Shown here in pieces: positions 51,351 through 64,000 of a DNA stretch of 64,000 bases; the first letter of the stretch is position 1; each line of letters starts with the position of its first letter. The position numbers and the translations under genes were made by a program. Origin of the DNA: Felis catus. Taxonomy: Eukaryota. The notes under the pieces were generated by a model. The model was not told the DNA's origin. It saw only the letters and a list, made by a program, of their open reading frames with translations, and did no database searches. The stretch is from positions 30,506,001-30,570,000 of the forward strand of contig NC_058383.1 in assembly GCF_018350175.1 (NCBI RefSeq). Reading direction: 5' to 3'.

Positions 51351-51609
51351 AATGTTGAATGCCCGAAACTTGGTATCAGCCATTCTCCTTTGAAGGGTGT
51401 TTTCTTGTGCACAAGATACTCATATCCTACCCAAGACTGTAGACAAAAAAAGAAAATGTGTTGCAACATCATATTAGTGAAAAATTGGAAACAACCTAAA
51501 TGTCCAGCAACAGAAAAACTAGCTAAACAAAAAGAAGAGGAAATAAATAGAATAAACCACTAGAATGTGATCACCTCCAGGCGGTGCTATTTAAAAGGGA
51601 GAACTTCTA

Positions 51610-51834
51610 TTTTCTTTTTTCTTTTTCTTTTTAAGTTTATTTATTTATTTTGAGAGAGAGAGAGAAGGAGAGCACAAGTGGTGGAAGGGGCAGAGAGAGA
51701 GAGAGAATCCCAACCAGGATCCGCACTGTCAGCACAGAGCCTGACACAGGGCTTGAACTCACCAATAGCAAGATCATGACCTGAGCAGAAATCAAGAGTT
51801 GGATGCTTAACCCACTGAGCCACACAGGTGACCC
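51610..51834 (-). mobile_element. SINEC
   Basis: Reverse copy with T-rich tail and (GA)n. Confidence 0.9.
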
Positions 51835-54800
51835 TGTTTTCTCACTTCTTATTTGATTTCTTGTGGCATGCCTTACTTTGTAATTTTAATAAATCCCCAA
51901 GTTTTCTTTAATCAAACATGGCTTTGTTGAGTTCCATGGAAAATATGTGTGTTCTTCAACTGGAAGATTACTCACTTTATTGAAGGGAACAAGGTTAATA
52001 AAAAAAAAACCCCAAAGTCTATGCCTATTTTATACACATTTGGGGCACACAAAAATATGTTATAAGCTGAGCATGTTCGAGAGCTGGCAACCTAAAGATA
52101 CCTCCTAATCTTGAATTCTCAAATTAGATCACAGCTGCGTTATAAAACGAATGTGTTCCATCCACTAGTCGTCCATTGGGGAATTCATAAAATGCATACA
52201 AATTACTAGATTTGTCAAGGTGGCAATAAAGTCAGGGTTGGGTACTGTTGGTGCTCCTCCCAGATTCCCTTGGATTCCTTTGACCATCTCTTGGGTCCCT
52301 TGCCTAAGTAGATGCGCTTTGCTTCTACGAGCATGCACAAGTAAGTCTTTAAAGGGAGGAACTGTCTCAGGCCAGTGGTGCAAATCTGCCTGGATGTTCT
52401 GAGCTGGAAGTGCTCCCAGGTTGACATCCTTCCTAGAAGCCTTTGGTCAATGCCATCTGAGTGCAGGAGTAAGAAATTGCAGCTTTCCTGCTTGGGTCCA
52501 AACAAAGTCAAAAGCATACTTTACCTTCCAGAGTCCCCAGCGAGATTAGGCTGAAGTTACTCCCTGTGGAGCTTTGCCTAAATGACACTTTTGCTTGGTT
52601 TCTTGTCTTTTCCCTGTGGGTGTCTCCTGCAAGGGCTTCCTTAATGAATTAATTACACACGAATCTTCATCACTGGGTCTCCTGAAGAACTCAGTCTCGG
52701 GAGATCTTTTTTGCATGTTTAAGCTCAAAACCGGAAACAGAATGCACGAACATTGTTGATCCAAGACTGGCTTCAGAAAAGCTCAGTTTCGAGTTTTCAT
52801 AAAACAGGATGATTCAAATCATGGCTGATGTAATGACAGTTTCTCAAAGCCTCAGCTCAACTAGTTACTATTCAGACTCTAACGGGCTAACGATTCGGTC
52901 TGTTGAAAGATGCACTATCTTCTTGTGCCCATGTGTACGAGACCAGTAGGTTTTATTTCAGAAATTAATTAACTTCTCCTAATTACATATATCCCTGGAA
53001 TTATTAACACCTGGAAAATCAATGAAAACTGTGGATTCTTTTATTTGTTGCACCTCTCTGTCGGGGTTCAAATAATGGAATTGCTGTTGTATTTCTATGC
53101 AAAATGATTTTGCAAATCTAAGGTGAGAGATTTTCTTTCTCTTTTTGGGGACCTTGCTAGGTTATTCTGGAGGTGAAATGAGGGAAATATAGAACCTAGC
53201 TCGGGCGTATGGCTCCTGGCAGGCACCTAGTGAGTCACCTTCCTTCATTCCAAAGCTGTGGCCCCTGAGGATATTCTAATTTTGTGATTCCCAAAGTGTG
53301 GCCCTACATCAGAAACACCTGGAGTGCTTACCACATGCAGATTCCTGGGCTCCACGCTTCTGAATTAGAATCTCTGGGGAGGACCCAGAGATCAGCATTT
53401 CTTAAAGCCCTTGTTTGAATTTTATGCATTCTAAAGTTCCAATTTCAGTATCTTTGACTCAGTGGTTTCCCACTAGAGAGATCATGAGAATATGAGTGCG
53501 TTAATAGGTATAGTTTTAACTGAAAATGACAGGGAATCAAGTGAGACTAACATAAGCTAAGGGAAAAAAAGTAGACAGATTTATTGATTCATGAAATTAA
53601 AAAGTCCAGGCCTTTAGTTAGATTTAGACCTTGCTAGATCCAGGGACTCAACTGCTGCCTTCAGGTTTCTCTCCTTCCTCTATTTGATTTCATTCGTGAT
53701 AAAATGATAGCCACTAATAGCTCTATGTTGGCCATATTTCTGCTAGTGATCCTCAAAGACAGGAGTATATCTCCTTCCAGGTAGTTTCAGCAAAAGTCCC
53801 AGGGTAACATCTGATTGGTCTAGCTTAGGTCACATGCCCATCTTTGAACCAATCAGTATCCAGAAGGATGCAGTGCTTTGATAGGTAAGGCCTGAGTCAT
53901 ATGTCCATCTCTGGAGCAAAGCTATCAATGTCAAGTCCACCTAAAACATATAAATCAGTTTCCCTTGGGAAATAAGTACCATACTGCCAGAAGTCTTGCC
54001 AGAGTATTGATCTCATGTTCACTAAAACTGGAATCTATGTTCTTTAAAAATCTTCCAAATGGTTCCACTGATCACCAGTATTTTGTGGTGCTGACCTCCA
54101 GGGATGCATTTACCTTGAAATGACGTGGAAAGTCTCAGAACCACTGTTCTGTCCTCACTGGGGAGTTTAAGGCTTGCCTCTCCTGCCTGGGGAGATTCAA
54201 AAGTGAGGGACTTAGGGTGGGATGCTGGTCTTTCTGCTTCAGCTGGGGGTTGATCTTCCGTAAACCATGTCAGCCAGAGAATGCAAAACCCGAACTGTCA
54301 CCACTTAACAGAGAGCAAAGAGGTCGGCATTAGAAGGAGCTCTCGGAAAGATGTGTCTGCTTATCCTCCAGGGAGACAACAGGTTCGTGTAACATCTACC
54401 CGGCCGACGTGCTGACAGGAACAGGGAGCAAATGGCAGACTTGTTGAAAAGGGAAAACCCAATTGTAATACAGATGATTTCTTGATGAGAAAGTAGTGTA
54501 CTTCAGTTAGTCCAGTTAGATTTCTCCCCTGATATCTGTTAACAGGAGAGAATCTTTTTCTTGAACTGAAAAAAAGAAAATCTAGTCCATCTGTATGTGC
54601 TTGTTTATATCAATGCCAGGGAAGGGTGGGAGGAAGATATGTCCGTGAAATTAACTCAGTGTCATCTTGCACAACTAGCTTGCCCAGAACTGTGATGCTC
54701 CTACTGCTGGAGGAAAAAAAAAATGAGGCAAGACCCGAAAGGACTCGAGGTCTAATGTGAAAAGTACATCAGGACGTTGGGAGAAGGTGGGGGCTGGGGG

Positions 54801-55175
54801 GTGTCGAGAAGCTTCTGGGAGAAGGTCCTGGTGTGTCTTTTGCGGCCAGCTTGCTCGCATCAGCATGTCATATGTAAAGAACAAAACACCGTCCCTTTTT
54901 AATAACACATTTAACTGCCTCCTCATACACAGGAGATCATGATGTACGCCAATTAAAAAAATTCAATCTCAAGTGCAGGTACAGCAGGCCAGTATTTTGG
55001 AGACCAGAAAGCTAGAAGAAATCTGTAGTTCTTAACACAGTATGTGGACTGGTAAAATAGTGTTGCAGCAGAGATGGCAGTGATTTGGATGTTGAAACCA
55101 CAGGAAGGGGCAGATGCTTCCAAGGGGGCAACTCAGCATCCCCCTGGGAAGTGCAGGAGACAGCAGGAAAGCAGT

Positions 55176-55179
<4 letters not shown>

Positions 55180-55212
<33 letters not shown>
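55180..55212. repeat. (GT)n microsatellite
   Basis: Directly visible. Confidence 0.95.
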
Positions 55213-55214
<2 letters not shown>

Positions 55215-55423
55215 CTCACCCACACACTTCCTCCACCTGACAGCAAACTGGCCTCTTCACTGGTGGTTTTATGAATTTCATGTTGTGCAAGGTTTAAACG
55301 CTCCCCAGATGGGAATTTATTATTCTGACTTGCTTTGGTTTGCCCTTACTACTCTTAAAGTGTCCCGCTCCGTATAAGAATGCCCTTCCATGATGGATAT
55401 TAACTCAGCTGATTGTGGTAATC

Positions 55424-55427
<4 letters not shown>

Positions 55428-55483
<56 letters not shown>

Positions 55484-55564
55484 TATACATATATGTGTAT
55501 ATATATAAATAAATAAATATATATATATATAAATATATATAAATACACACACACACATATATAT
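55428..55564. repeat. (TA)n/(CA)n compound microsatellite
   Basis: Directly visible. Confidence 0.92.
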
Positions 55565-55710
55565 GAAGTCATTCATTATGCTGTCTACCTCAAGCTTCTG
55601 GAGTGTTGTATGTCAATTACATCTCAAGAGAACTAGGGGAAAAAAGAATGTCCTTCTCTCTCCTACAAATAGACTTGGTGATTCATTTCATCATTTATTT
55701 AAAAACATTT

Positions 55711-55918
55711 GGGGCGCCTGGGTGGCGCAGTCGGTTAAGCGTCCGACTTCAGCCAGGTCACGATCTCGCGGTCTGTGAGTTCGAGCCCCGCGTCGGGCTC
55801 TGGGCTGATGGCTCAGAGCCTGGAGCCTGTTTCCGATTCTGTGTCTCCCTCTCTCTCTGACCCTCCCCCGTTCATGCTCTGTCTCTCTCTGTCCCAAAAA
55901 TAAATAAACGTTGAAAAA

Positions 55919-55948
<30 letters not shown>
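55711..55948 (+). mobile_element. Young SINEC
   Basis: CpG-intact, long poly-A, TSD aaaaacattt. Confidence 0.95.
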
Positions 55949-55953
<5 letters not shown>

Positions 55954-56139
55954 CATTTGTTGGGGTCCACATTGTGATATGTATGGTATTAGGCACGGAA
56001 GATACAGCAATGTAAAAAAACAGACAAGATTTCCCACCCACTTGAAGCTTGTGTTCTACTATACTCTATACTGTATACTGTCTAACATGGCAGCCGTGGG
56101 CCACATGAGCTGTTAAGTACTTGAAAAGCAGCTGGTTTG

Positions 56140-56235
56140 TCTTTTTTTTTTAAGTAATCTCTATGCCCAATGTGGGGCTCAAACTCACGACCCGAGATCA
56201 AGAGTTGTATGCTCTACTGAGCCAGCCAGGTGCTC
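56140..56235 (-). mobile_element. Older short SINEC inside a MER3/MER33-like remnant
   Basis: taagtaatctctatgcccaatgtggggctcaaactcacgaccc...gagccagccaggtgc. Confidence 0.75.
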
Positions 56236-56457
56236 TGAAAAGTGGCTAGTGTAAATTGAGTTGTCAGAAGTACAAAATATGGGATTTTAAAGACTTAGCA
56301 TTGAAAAAAGAATGGAAAGTATGTCAGTTTTTTTTTTATATTGATACATATTGAAATGACAATACTTTGGATATTGAGTCAAGTAAAATATATTTCACTT
56401 GTTTTTCTTTATAGCTACAAGAAAATTTAAAATTATGCATGTGGCTTGAAGTATATT

Positions 56458-56666
56458 TATTTTTTTAATTTATTTATTTTAAGAGAGACAGAGAGTGCAC
56501 ACGAGTAGGGAAGGGGCATAGAGAGAGGGAGAGAGAGAATTCCGAGCAGATTCTGTGTTATCAATGCGGAGCCCGATGCGAGGTTTGAACCCTCAAGCAG
56601 TGAGATCATGACCTGAGCTGAAACCAAGAGTCAGACACTTAACCGACTGAGCCACCCAGGTGCCCC
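56458..56666 (-). mobile_element. SINEC
   Basis: TSD aagt(a/g)tattt. Confidence 0.92.
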
Positions 56667-56918
56667 AAAGTGTATTTCTACAGAATAGCCTTGTTCTAGA
56701 GCAGTGGTTCTGAAATGGGGGATGATTTTGCACCCCCTCCCAAGACGTGGGGAAAACAAGCTTGAGTCTTCCTTTTATGGCTCTGAATCTATCATCCCTT
56801 CAGAAGTTCAAGCTTTCAGGGCCAACCTTTGAGAGGTTCTTAGGCATCACACCTTGGAATTTATGGAAATGCCCCAGGTGATGTCTAGATTTTTCTGCAG
56901 TTTAAATAGCTGGGATCC

Positions 56919-57280
56919 CGTTGGAGGAGGTCATGGAGAGGACATGACCTCTGGTTGACCTGCAAGCTGGACCCAGGCAATCAGAGTTTCTCCACCCCCC
57001 TCCCCTATCCTTGCCACGTACTACTCTCTGGCCACCATTCCCAAGCTAGCAGCCAGTCCAAGGACATAGCCCTGAGAGAGTAAGGGTTTGTGGAGACCGT
57101 CTAGATAATATACATGAATGAACCTTATTAGAGCCTCTGTATAGACTGGTAAGATTCTGGCAGGCAGGTGCCCAGGTCCACTGGCTCAGGGCCACCTGTA
57201 AGTTGCCTTGCTTATTAATAACCCTGCCACCCACCCATCTGAAGTGGTCGGCCTTTTTCTTCAGCTCTCTGTGCCCTCGA
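56919..57280 (+). mobile_element. Partial solo LTR, same family as 32233-32677, opposite orientation
   Basis: Shared blocks gttggag..gtcat..ggacatgacctc..gttgacc and gtaagattctggcaggcag with the reverse complement of 32233-32677; 3' end missing. Confidence 0.75.
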
Positions 57281-57656
57281 TGTACAAACCAAGACTGTCC
57301 CAGGTAAGCATTTCTTGCCTTCTTTTGTAGCTTTACAACGTATAGATACATCCCTCAATAGCATGGTTTCATTTTGTCCAATTTTGAGCTTTATGTAAAT
57401 AGAGTCATATGCATCTGTGTATTCTTTGTATCTTGCTTCTTTTGCTCAGTATTATGCTCTTTGGATTCATCTTTATAGTTTCATTATCTCTCTTATGTTT
57501 ATGTTCACTGCTATATTCATGTAATATTCATGTATAGTACTATATTCAGGTAATAATTTCATGTGACATAGTATATACTATATTATTACCTGAACATGCA
57601 AAGTGTTTATCCAGGCTACTGAAAGGGCACATTTAGGCTGTTTCCACTTTGGGGCT

Positions 57657-57720
57657 TTTTTTTTAAATATATTTTTTAGGTTTATTTATTTTTGAGAGAG
57701 ACCACAAGTGGGGAAGGGTC

Positions 57721-57751
<31 letters not shown>

Positions 57752-57880
57752 ATTCCAAGCAGATTCCAAGCTCTGAGCTATCAGTACAGAGCCCAATGCA
57801 GGGCTCCAACTCACTAACTGTGAAATCATGACCTGAGCAGAAGTTGGACGCTCACCTGACAGAGCCCCCCCAGGTGCCCC
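57657..57880 (-). mobile_element. SINEC within an old L1M fragment (~57310-57920)
   Basis: Reverse copy; flanks cactttgg. Confidence 0.88.
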
Positions 57881-58067
57881 TCACTTTGGCTCTCTTGAAC
57901 AAGGTGCTTATGAACATCATCCTAGAATTTGAAGGTTGAGTTCACGTGCATAGGTTTCTCTACGCTACATTCTCACCAAATTTTAAATCAAAGATCTCTG
58001 CACAATCTAACTCTGTATCTACTCCTGAGGTTGAGTAAAAGCAACGCTTCTGAATCTCTTACCAGAA

Positions 58068-58433
58068 TGTTAAAGAACAAAATTCAGCTGAGTAAATTTG
58101 AAGATCTAATTGGCCTTATTAAGCAATTCACGAATCGGCCAGCATCCCATATAGCAAGTAGAGAGGAGCTCCAAGGAGTTGTACAAGATAAAAGGGTTTT
58201 TATAGGAAGGGGGCAAGGGCAAGGAAGTTATTACCGAAGAGAGAGAGAGAGAGAGAAAGGAAGGAAGGATTGTTCCATTCAAGGGCACCTCTCCTTGGGG
58301 GGGGGGATGCAGAGGGTCTAATTGCTGACATATCCCAGGGAGGTTGGAATCGCGGTTAGGTTAGGTATTAAGCCCAGGTCTGGTGATTTAGCCTGAGTGG
58401 CTCCATTTTGGCCCTGTGGTTTTCTTGTTAACA
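58068..58433 (-). mobile_element. ERV1-like solo LTR (366 bp)
   Basis: TGTTAA...TTAACA termini, 4-bp TSD AGAA (58064-58067, 58434-58437), TATAAAA on the minus strand near 58200. Confidence 0.8.
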
Positions 58434-59158
58434 AGAATCATAAAGACTCTCAAAGGTACCTAAACCTCCTCCCGGTTCCAGGTTTTAGCATCAGTGCTGG
58501 TTGAGATCAAAGCCCCAGGGACTCCTTCCCGAACTTTCTTCCATTCTTCCCCCTCTCTTCACCCAAAGGAAGAAAGAGGTCTTTTGTTTCACGTCTCTGC
58601 TTGCACTTCATTCACACCGTTTGCCAGAGTGATTTAGCTAAAAACAGAATCTGTCCCATCTTGGAAATTTTCGTGGACTCCCTGGTTCCCTAGGTATAAA
58701 GTCCCAATTGCCTAGTGAGGCATCAGCGTCTCCTCTGAGCTCCCTGATTGCCAGCCACACACTGCCCTACACTTCCTTTTGGAGACGATACCAAATGGCT
58801 TATTGTTCCCTCTACTGCCCCTCCCGTGCCTTCCGCCACATTGTTATTTCTGCCTGGAGAAGCGTTCCCACATCCGGCTTTCCAGGAAGCCCCTACCCAT
58901 CCTTTAAGACTCCACTTAAACATCATCTCCTCCAGGAAATCCTACTCCTTGCTGCTCCCTTATGGTTGGCCAGGCTGGGTGCCCTTTGCCTGTACCGCCA
59001 TATCCTCAGGCACTTCTCTCTGTACTAATGTGCATTACATTGTATTATAATTGTCAGCCCTCCTCCCCACTGTGCTGAGAGCTCTCCACACCCCCCCCCC
59101 CCCCAGATGAGAGAACTTTCCTGATCTACCTGTGTATTTTCAGGGTCAAACACAATGG

Positions 59159-59867
59159 TGTGATGGGTAGTATTATTTATCAACTTGACCAAATTGCAGG
59201 GGTGCTCCTATAATTTGGCTCAACATTATTTCTGGATGTGTCCGTGAGGGTATTTCTGGATGATATTAGCATCTGACTGAAGCAGACCAACCTCCCCAAG
59301 GTGGGTGGGCATCACCCAATCCTCTGAAGGCCTGGAGAGATCAAAAAGGTGGAGGAAGAGAGAATTTGCTATCTCTGCCTGACTCTTAGAGCCAAGACCC
59401 TGATCTTCTCCTGCCCTTGGACCAGGACTTAATACCATAGGCACTGCTGAGTCTCAGGATTTCAGACTTGGCCTAGAACTATATCATTGGCTTTCTTGGG
59501 TCTCTCCCCTGCTCAGCCTCCAAAATCAATCGAGTCAGTTCTTTTTTTTTTTAATTTTTTTTTCAACGTTTATTTATTTTGGGGACAGAGAGAGACAGAG
59601 CATGAACTGGGGAGGGGCAGAGAGGGAGACACAGAATCGGAAACAGGCTCCAGGCTCTGAGCCATCAGCCCAGAGCCTGACGCGGGGCTCGAACTCACGG
59701 ACCGCGAGATTGTGACCTGGCTGAAGTCGGACGCTTAACCGACTGCGCCACCCAGGCGCCCCTCGAGTCAGTTCTTTTAATCAATCAATCAATGAATGCG
59801 TCCTATATATACCCCATATATATATTCTATTGGTTCCTTTTTTTCTGGGAAAGCTTGACTAAGATAC
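59159..59867 (+). mobile_element. MLT2-type LTR with a nested young SINEC
   Basis: tgtgatgg...tcaacttgacc...gtgggtgggcatcacccaatcc...gactaagatac; SINE at 59546-59762 inside. Confidence 0.75.
59546..59762 (-). mobile_element. Young SINEC
   Basis: TSD tcgagtcagttctttt (59530-59545, 59763-59778). Confidence 0.95.
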
Positions 59868-60253
59868 TTGGTATATGTTAAATAAATATTTGTTGAGCTG
59901 AACTGGTTGGCATTTGAACTTGAGCTTGGCTTAGATGGAAAGCCAGGAAGCCCCATTCACTGTGTTGCAAATAACTGTGTTACAAATAGCTTCTCCCAGA
60001 GCTGTGCACTACGGAAGGCCTACGAACCTCCTCCCCATTCCTCGTGTTAATTGTGTCCAATCAAGAGAAAATCGTCTTCTCGTGACCCACTTCGATTCCT
60101 GATTTCTAGCCTCAAAACACAGGGTTGTTATCTAACATTAATTAGAATCGAACACTTTTAGAATCCCCTAATACCACCGTGGCCAGTAACTACATCCTTA
60201 AATGGAATGTTTCTTAATGCAAATAGACGTTCATCTAAGAATACATGTTTTCA

Positions 60254-60475
60254 GGGGCGCCTGGGTGGCTCAGTCGGTTAAGCGTCCGACTTCAGCCAGG
60301 TCACGATCTTGCGGTCTGTGAGTTCGAGCCCCCCATCAGGCTCTGGGCTGACGGGTCAGAGCCTGGAGCCTGCTTCTGATTCTGTGTCTCCCTCTCTCTC
60401 TGCCCCTCCCCTGTTCATGCTCTATCTCTCTCTGTCTCAAAAATAAATAAATGTTAAAAAAAAAATTAAAAAAAA
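60254..60475 (+). mobile_element. SINEC
   Basis: TSD aagaatacatgttttca. Confidence 0.95.
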
Positions 60476-60641
60476 AAGAATACATGTTTTCAACGAACAC
60501 AGCTTGGTGTTTATACAAATATACACTTTATCTTTAATAATAGAGGATTTTTTTTTTAACCTCATGTTCATTTTTCAGAATATAAAGGAATCAGCTTATA
60601 ATGCTCTAAGTACAGGACATCAATTTAAAACTTAACTAGAT

Positions 60642-60901
60642 GGGGCTCCTGGGTGGCTCAGTCGGTTAAACATCTGACTTCAGCTTAGGTCATGAACTCA
60701 TAGTTCGTGAGTTTGAACCCCACATTGGGCTCTGTGCTGACGGCTTGTAGCCTGGCACCTACTTCGAATTCTGTAACTCCCTCTGTCTCTCTGCCCCTCC
60801 CCCCATGTGCGTGCATGTGCTCCATCTCTCCCTCCTTCCCTCTCTCTCTCTCTCTCTCTCTCTCTTTCCTGCTCAGGAGTGAATAAACATAAAAAAAAAG
60901 G
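60642..60901 (+). mobile_element. SINEC
   Basis: TSD tttaaaacttaactagat. Confidence 0.93.
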
Positions 60902-61105
60902 TTTAAAACTTAACTAGATGAACAGAAATGTATGGGAAAATTCTCTTCAAATATTTGCTATGTTTGATTTTTCTTATGTGCCTTTGTCCTAAAAGTCAAA
61001 AGCAAGGCATGGAGTCCAGTTAGTTAAAGATTTCAGCTCATTGGGTCTATGAAAAAAGGTATTTTTAAATTTTTTTTCCATGAAAACAGGTATTTTCTTA
61101 TAATT

Positions 61106-61203
61106 CACAGAGGAAAGTGTGTGAGAGAGAAGTCGTACATGTAGGAGGTTCACCCACAGAGGAAAGTGTGTGAGAGAGAAGTCGTACATGTAGGAGGTTC
61201 ACC
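61106..61203. repeat. Perfect 49-bp tandem duplication
   Basis: cacagaggaaagtgtgtgagagagaagtcgtacatgtaggaggttcacc x2 (61106-61154, 61155-61203). Confidence 0.95.
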
Positions 61204-61345
61204 CTGGCTCCCTCCACACCTGTGGCAGACATCACCAATTGATTCCAGCACTCATTTCCTCTGAGGCTGGCAGAGACTGGATATCCTTTATGAAATAGCA
61301 AGTGCTCCAACAGATCTAAGAGGTGAAACACATTTGCTACTTTAT

Positions 61346-61501
61346 GGGGCGCCTGGGTGGCTCAGTCAGTTAAGTGCCTGACCCTGGCTCAGGTCATGAT
61401 CTCACAGTTTGTGAGTTCAAGCCCTGCGTCAGGCTCTGTGCTGACAGCTCAGAGCCTGGAGCCTTCTTCAGATTCTCTGTCTCCCTCTCTCTCCGCCCTC
61501 C

Positions 61502-61537
<36 letters not shown>

Positions 61538-61562
61538 AATAAACATTAAAAAAAAAGAAAAA
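61346..61562 (+). mobile_element. SINEC
   Basis: TSD gaaacacatttgctactt. Confidence 0.95.
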
Positions 61563-61786
61563 GAAACACATTTGCTACTTGAGACTGAAAAGTGCCAAGA
61601 AGTTTTTAGGCAAAAGGTTGTCTCTTGTTTTTCTAAATTGGATAAGAGTGTTTTCTAATTGATACTAAGGATGGCCCTAACATACCAAATATTGGATTGA
61701 AATTTCCTTTGGCATCAATATTGACTTCTCCTAGGAAGGTCTTTCTGGTTTCTGCATCCTGCACTGATATTTCTCTTCTGTCTTCA

Positions 61787-61998
61787 TTTTTTTAATTTTT
61801 TTTTTTTTTTAGTTTTTATTTATTTTTGAGAGAGAGAGACAGAGAGACAGAGTGCAATCGGGAGAGGAACAGAAAGAGAGGGTGATGGGCTCTGAGCTGT
61901 CAGCACAGAGCTGGATGCAAGGCCTCGAACTCACAAACCATGAGATCATGACCTGAGCTGAAACTGGACGCTTAACGGATGAGCCACACAGGCACCCC
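61787..61998 (-). mobile_element. SINEC with an internal deletion
   Basis: TSD tcttctgtc(t/a)tc. Confidence 0.9.
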
Positions 61999-62040
61999 TC
62001 TTCTGTCATCGTTAATGGTCCTTAGAATTTGTGCCAAACT

Positions 62041-62258
62041 GGGCCGCCTGGGTGCCTCAGTCGGTTAAGTGTCCGACTTCGGCTCAGGTCATGATCTCGT
62101 GGTTCATGAGTTCGAGCCCTGTGTCGGGCTCTGTGCTGACAGCTCGGAGCCTGGAGCCTGCTTCTGATTCTGTGTCTCCCTCTCTCTCTGACCCTCCCCC
62201 CATTCGTGCTCTGTCTCTCTCTGTCTCAAAAATAAATAAACGTTAAAAATTTTTTTTT
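62041..62258 (+). mobile_element. SINEC
   Basis: TSD ttagaatttgtgccaaac. Confidence 0.95.
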
Positions 62259-62656
62259 TTAGAATTTGTGCCAAACCGTTTAGTTTCCAATTAGATTGGT
62301 AAATTCCTTGGGAGCAGGAACAGTATCTTCACTTGTGGTAAACGTGACAGGATGCTGATCACATAGTAGATACTCACTTAAGTATTCCCTCTTTCGATTG
62401 TTGGTATGTAAGGACAGGAAAGCAGGAAGAGAATGGTCTTACTCTCTCCATAAGTTTCCAGGAAAAAAATATCTATACACAAAATTTGGTGAGAGCACAA
62501 ACCAAAACAAGATCAAAATGTTTTCCCTACCCTTTCAAGTGCCACACCTTCAAACGCTGTATAGTCCAATGGTGGAAGGAAACCGATTCAGAGACCACAC
62601 TACCCGGAATTCAGAAGACATTCAGTTAGTGCTGAGTTTAATAATTTAATATTTCA

Positions 62657-62878
62657 GGGCGCCTGGGTGGCTCAGTCAGTTAAGCGTCTGACTTCAGCTC
62701 AGGTCATGATCTCGCACTCCGTGAGTTCGAACCCCACATCAGGCTCTGTGCTGACAGCTCAGAGCCTGGAGCCAGCTTTGGATTCTCTGTGTGCCTTCTC
62801 TCTCTGCTCCTCCCCCACTTAGGCTCTGTCTCACTTTGTCTCTCAAAAATAAACACATGTTAAAACAAATTTTAAAAA
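62657..62878 (+). mobile_element. SINEC
   Basis: TSD aataatttaatatttca. Confidence 0.95.
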
Positions 62879-63254
62879 AATAATTTAATATTTCAAATAA
62901 CCTTCCCACACCCAGTGTCCAACAAGATTATTAATGCTGGATTTTTGTAATTCTCTGAACTTCGAATTCTGCTGCAGTCCTTCCCCAGAACACTCTCTTC
63001 TGTCAATGAAATGACTGCCTCTGCCTAAGGCTTGCCTCTTCTTCACCTTTGCCCCAGCTTGTCCCCTGTCTGAAAGCCTTCTTCCCTTCTGTCTTCATAG
63101 GCTGGGCCTTTGAAGTCAACACAGGGATTCCCTCTGACATAAGTGATAAGGAAGTCTCTCCTTCTGGAAGTCCACAAGATGCTTTCTGCAGTGTACTTAG
63201 GGTTTGGATCCTACTACACCTCAGAACATGGAGTTAAGCGTTTACTACACAGCC

Positions 63255-63460
63255 GGTTGCCTGGGTGGCTCAGTTGGTTAAGCCTCTGACTTCAGCTCAG
63301 GTCATGACCTTGTGGTTCATGGGTTCAAGCTCCGTGTCGGGCTCTGCACTGATGGTGCAGAGCCTGCTTGGGATTCTGTCTCTCTCTTTCTCTCTGCCCC
63401 TGCCCTACTTGTGTGCTCTCTCTCTCTCTCTCAAAAATAAATAAAACATTAAAAAAAAAA
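63255..63460 (+). mobile_element. SINEC
   Basis: gcctgggtggctcagttgg head, CT tract, A tail. Confidence 0.92.
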
Positions 63461-63681
63461 GACTCTGGTATACCCCTACATTAGCTTTCTTTTCTGCCAC
63501 TGCCTGGGTAAGTGACCTCAGGCAAAGCTCTAATCTTCTTTAGGCCTCAGTTTCTCCATCCATAAAATGGACATAAACACAGCACCAACCCCGAAGAGTT
63601 CCTCCAAGGACTTAGTAAAATAACTACAAAGCACTTCACAGCCAGGCGTATAGTAAGTGTTCCTTTAAATATTAGTTCTCA

Positions 63682-63805
63682 GGAGACCCTGACTGGCTCA
63701 GTTGGTGGAGCATATGACTCTGGATCTTGGAGTTGTGAATTCGAGCCCCATGTTGGGTGTAGAGATTGCTTAAAAAAAAAAAAACTCAAAAAATAAATAA
63801 GTAAG
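63682..63805 (+). mobile_element. Older short SINEC
   Basis: TSD taaat(a/g)ttagttctca; gggtgtagagatt end type. Confidence 0.85.
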
Positions 63806-63904
63806 TAAATGTTAGTTCTCATTACGATCTTGCAATCTGATATTGGTTTGTAATTTTAACATCTGGCCTCATACATTGCAGACTTTTTAGTTTAAGAATA
63901 TGTT

Positions 63905-64000
63905 GGGGCATCTGGGTGGCTCAGTCGGTTGAGCATCTGACTTCAGCTCAGGTCATGATCTCGCAGTTCATGGGTTCGAGTCCCACGTCAGGATCTGTGC
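63905..64000 (+). mobile_element. SINEC (cut by the window end)
   Basis: ggggcatctgggtggctcagtcgg head. Confidence 0.9.

Noticed and set aside
32233..57280. Two related LTRs as the ends of one provirus
   Set aside because: Opposite orientation, diverged, the first has its own TSD, and there is no gag/pol/env between them.
61106..61203. Direct repeats as a CRISPR-like array
   Set aside because: Only two adjacent copies, no spacers, and the genome is eukaryotic.

Overview
Mammalian genomic DNA from a felid (cat-like), judged from dense Carnivora tRNA-derived SINEC copies with felid-type diagnostics and a carnivore LINE-1. The only host gene I can support is SHISA9 (CKAMP44, AMPA-receptor auxiliary subunit) on the minus strand. 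Its CpG-island promoter and coding exon 1 (27432-27994) and coding exon 2 (15103-15230) are in the window; intron 2 runs off the left end. The rest is intron or upstream intergenic DNA with about 35 SINECs, one full-length but inactivated L1 (34831-41814) carrying nested SINEs, several solo LTRs, MaLR/ERVL LTRs, old MIR/L2/DNA-transposon fragments and microsatellites. I found no evidence of a new biological system. The most interesting observations are a consensus RE1/REST site in SHISA9 intron 2, a MIR-derived segment in intron 1 resembling a recalled human alternative terminal exon, a 20-bp templated insertion inside a SINE, a serially reused retrotransposon target site, a co-oriented solo LTR upstream of the promoter, and inverted SINEs around exon 2. 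Repeat family names and boundaries of old elements are by eye and approximate.
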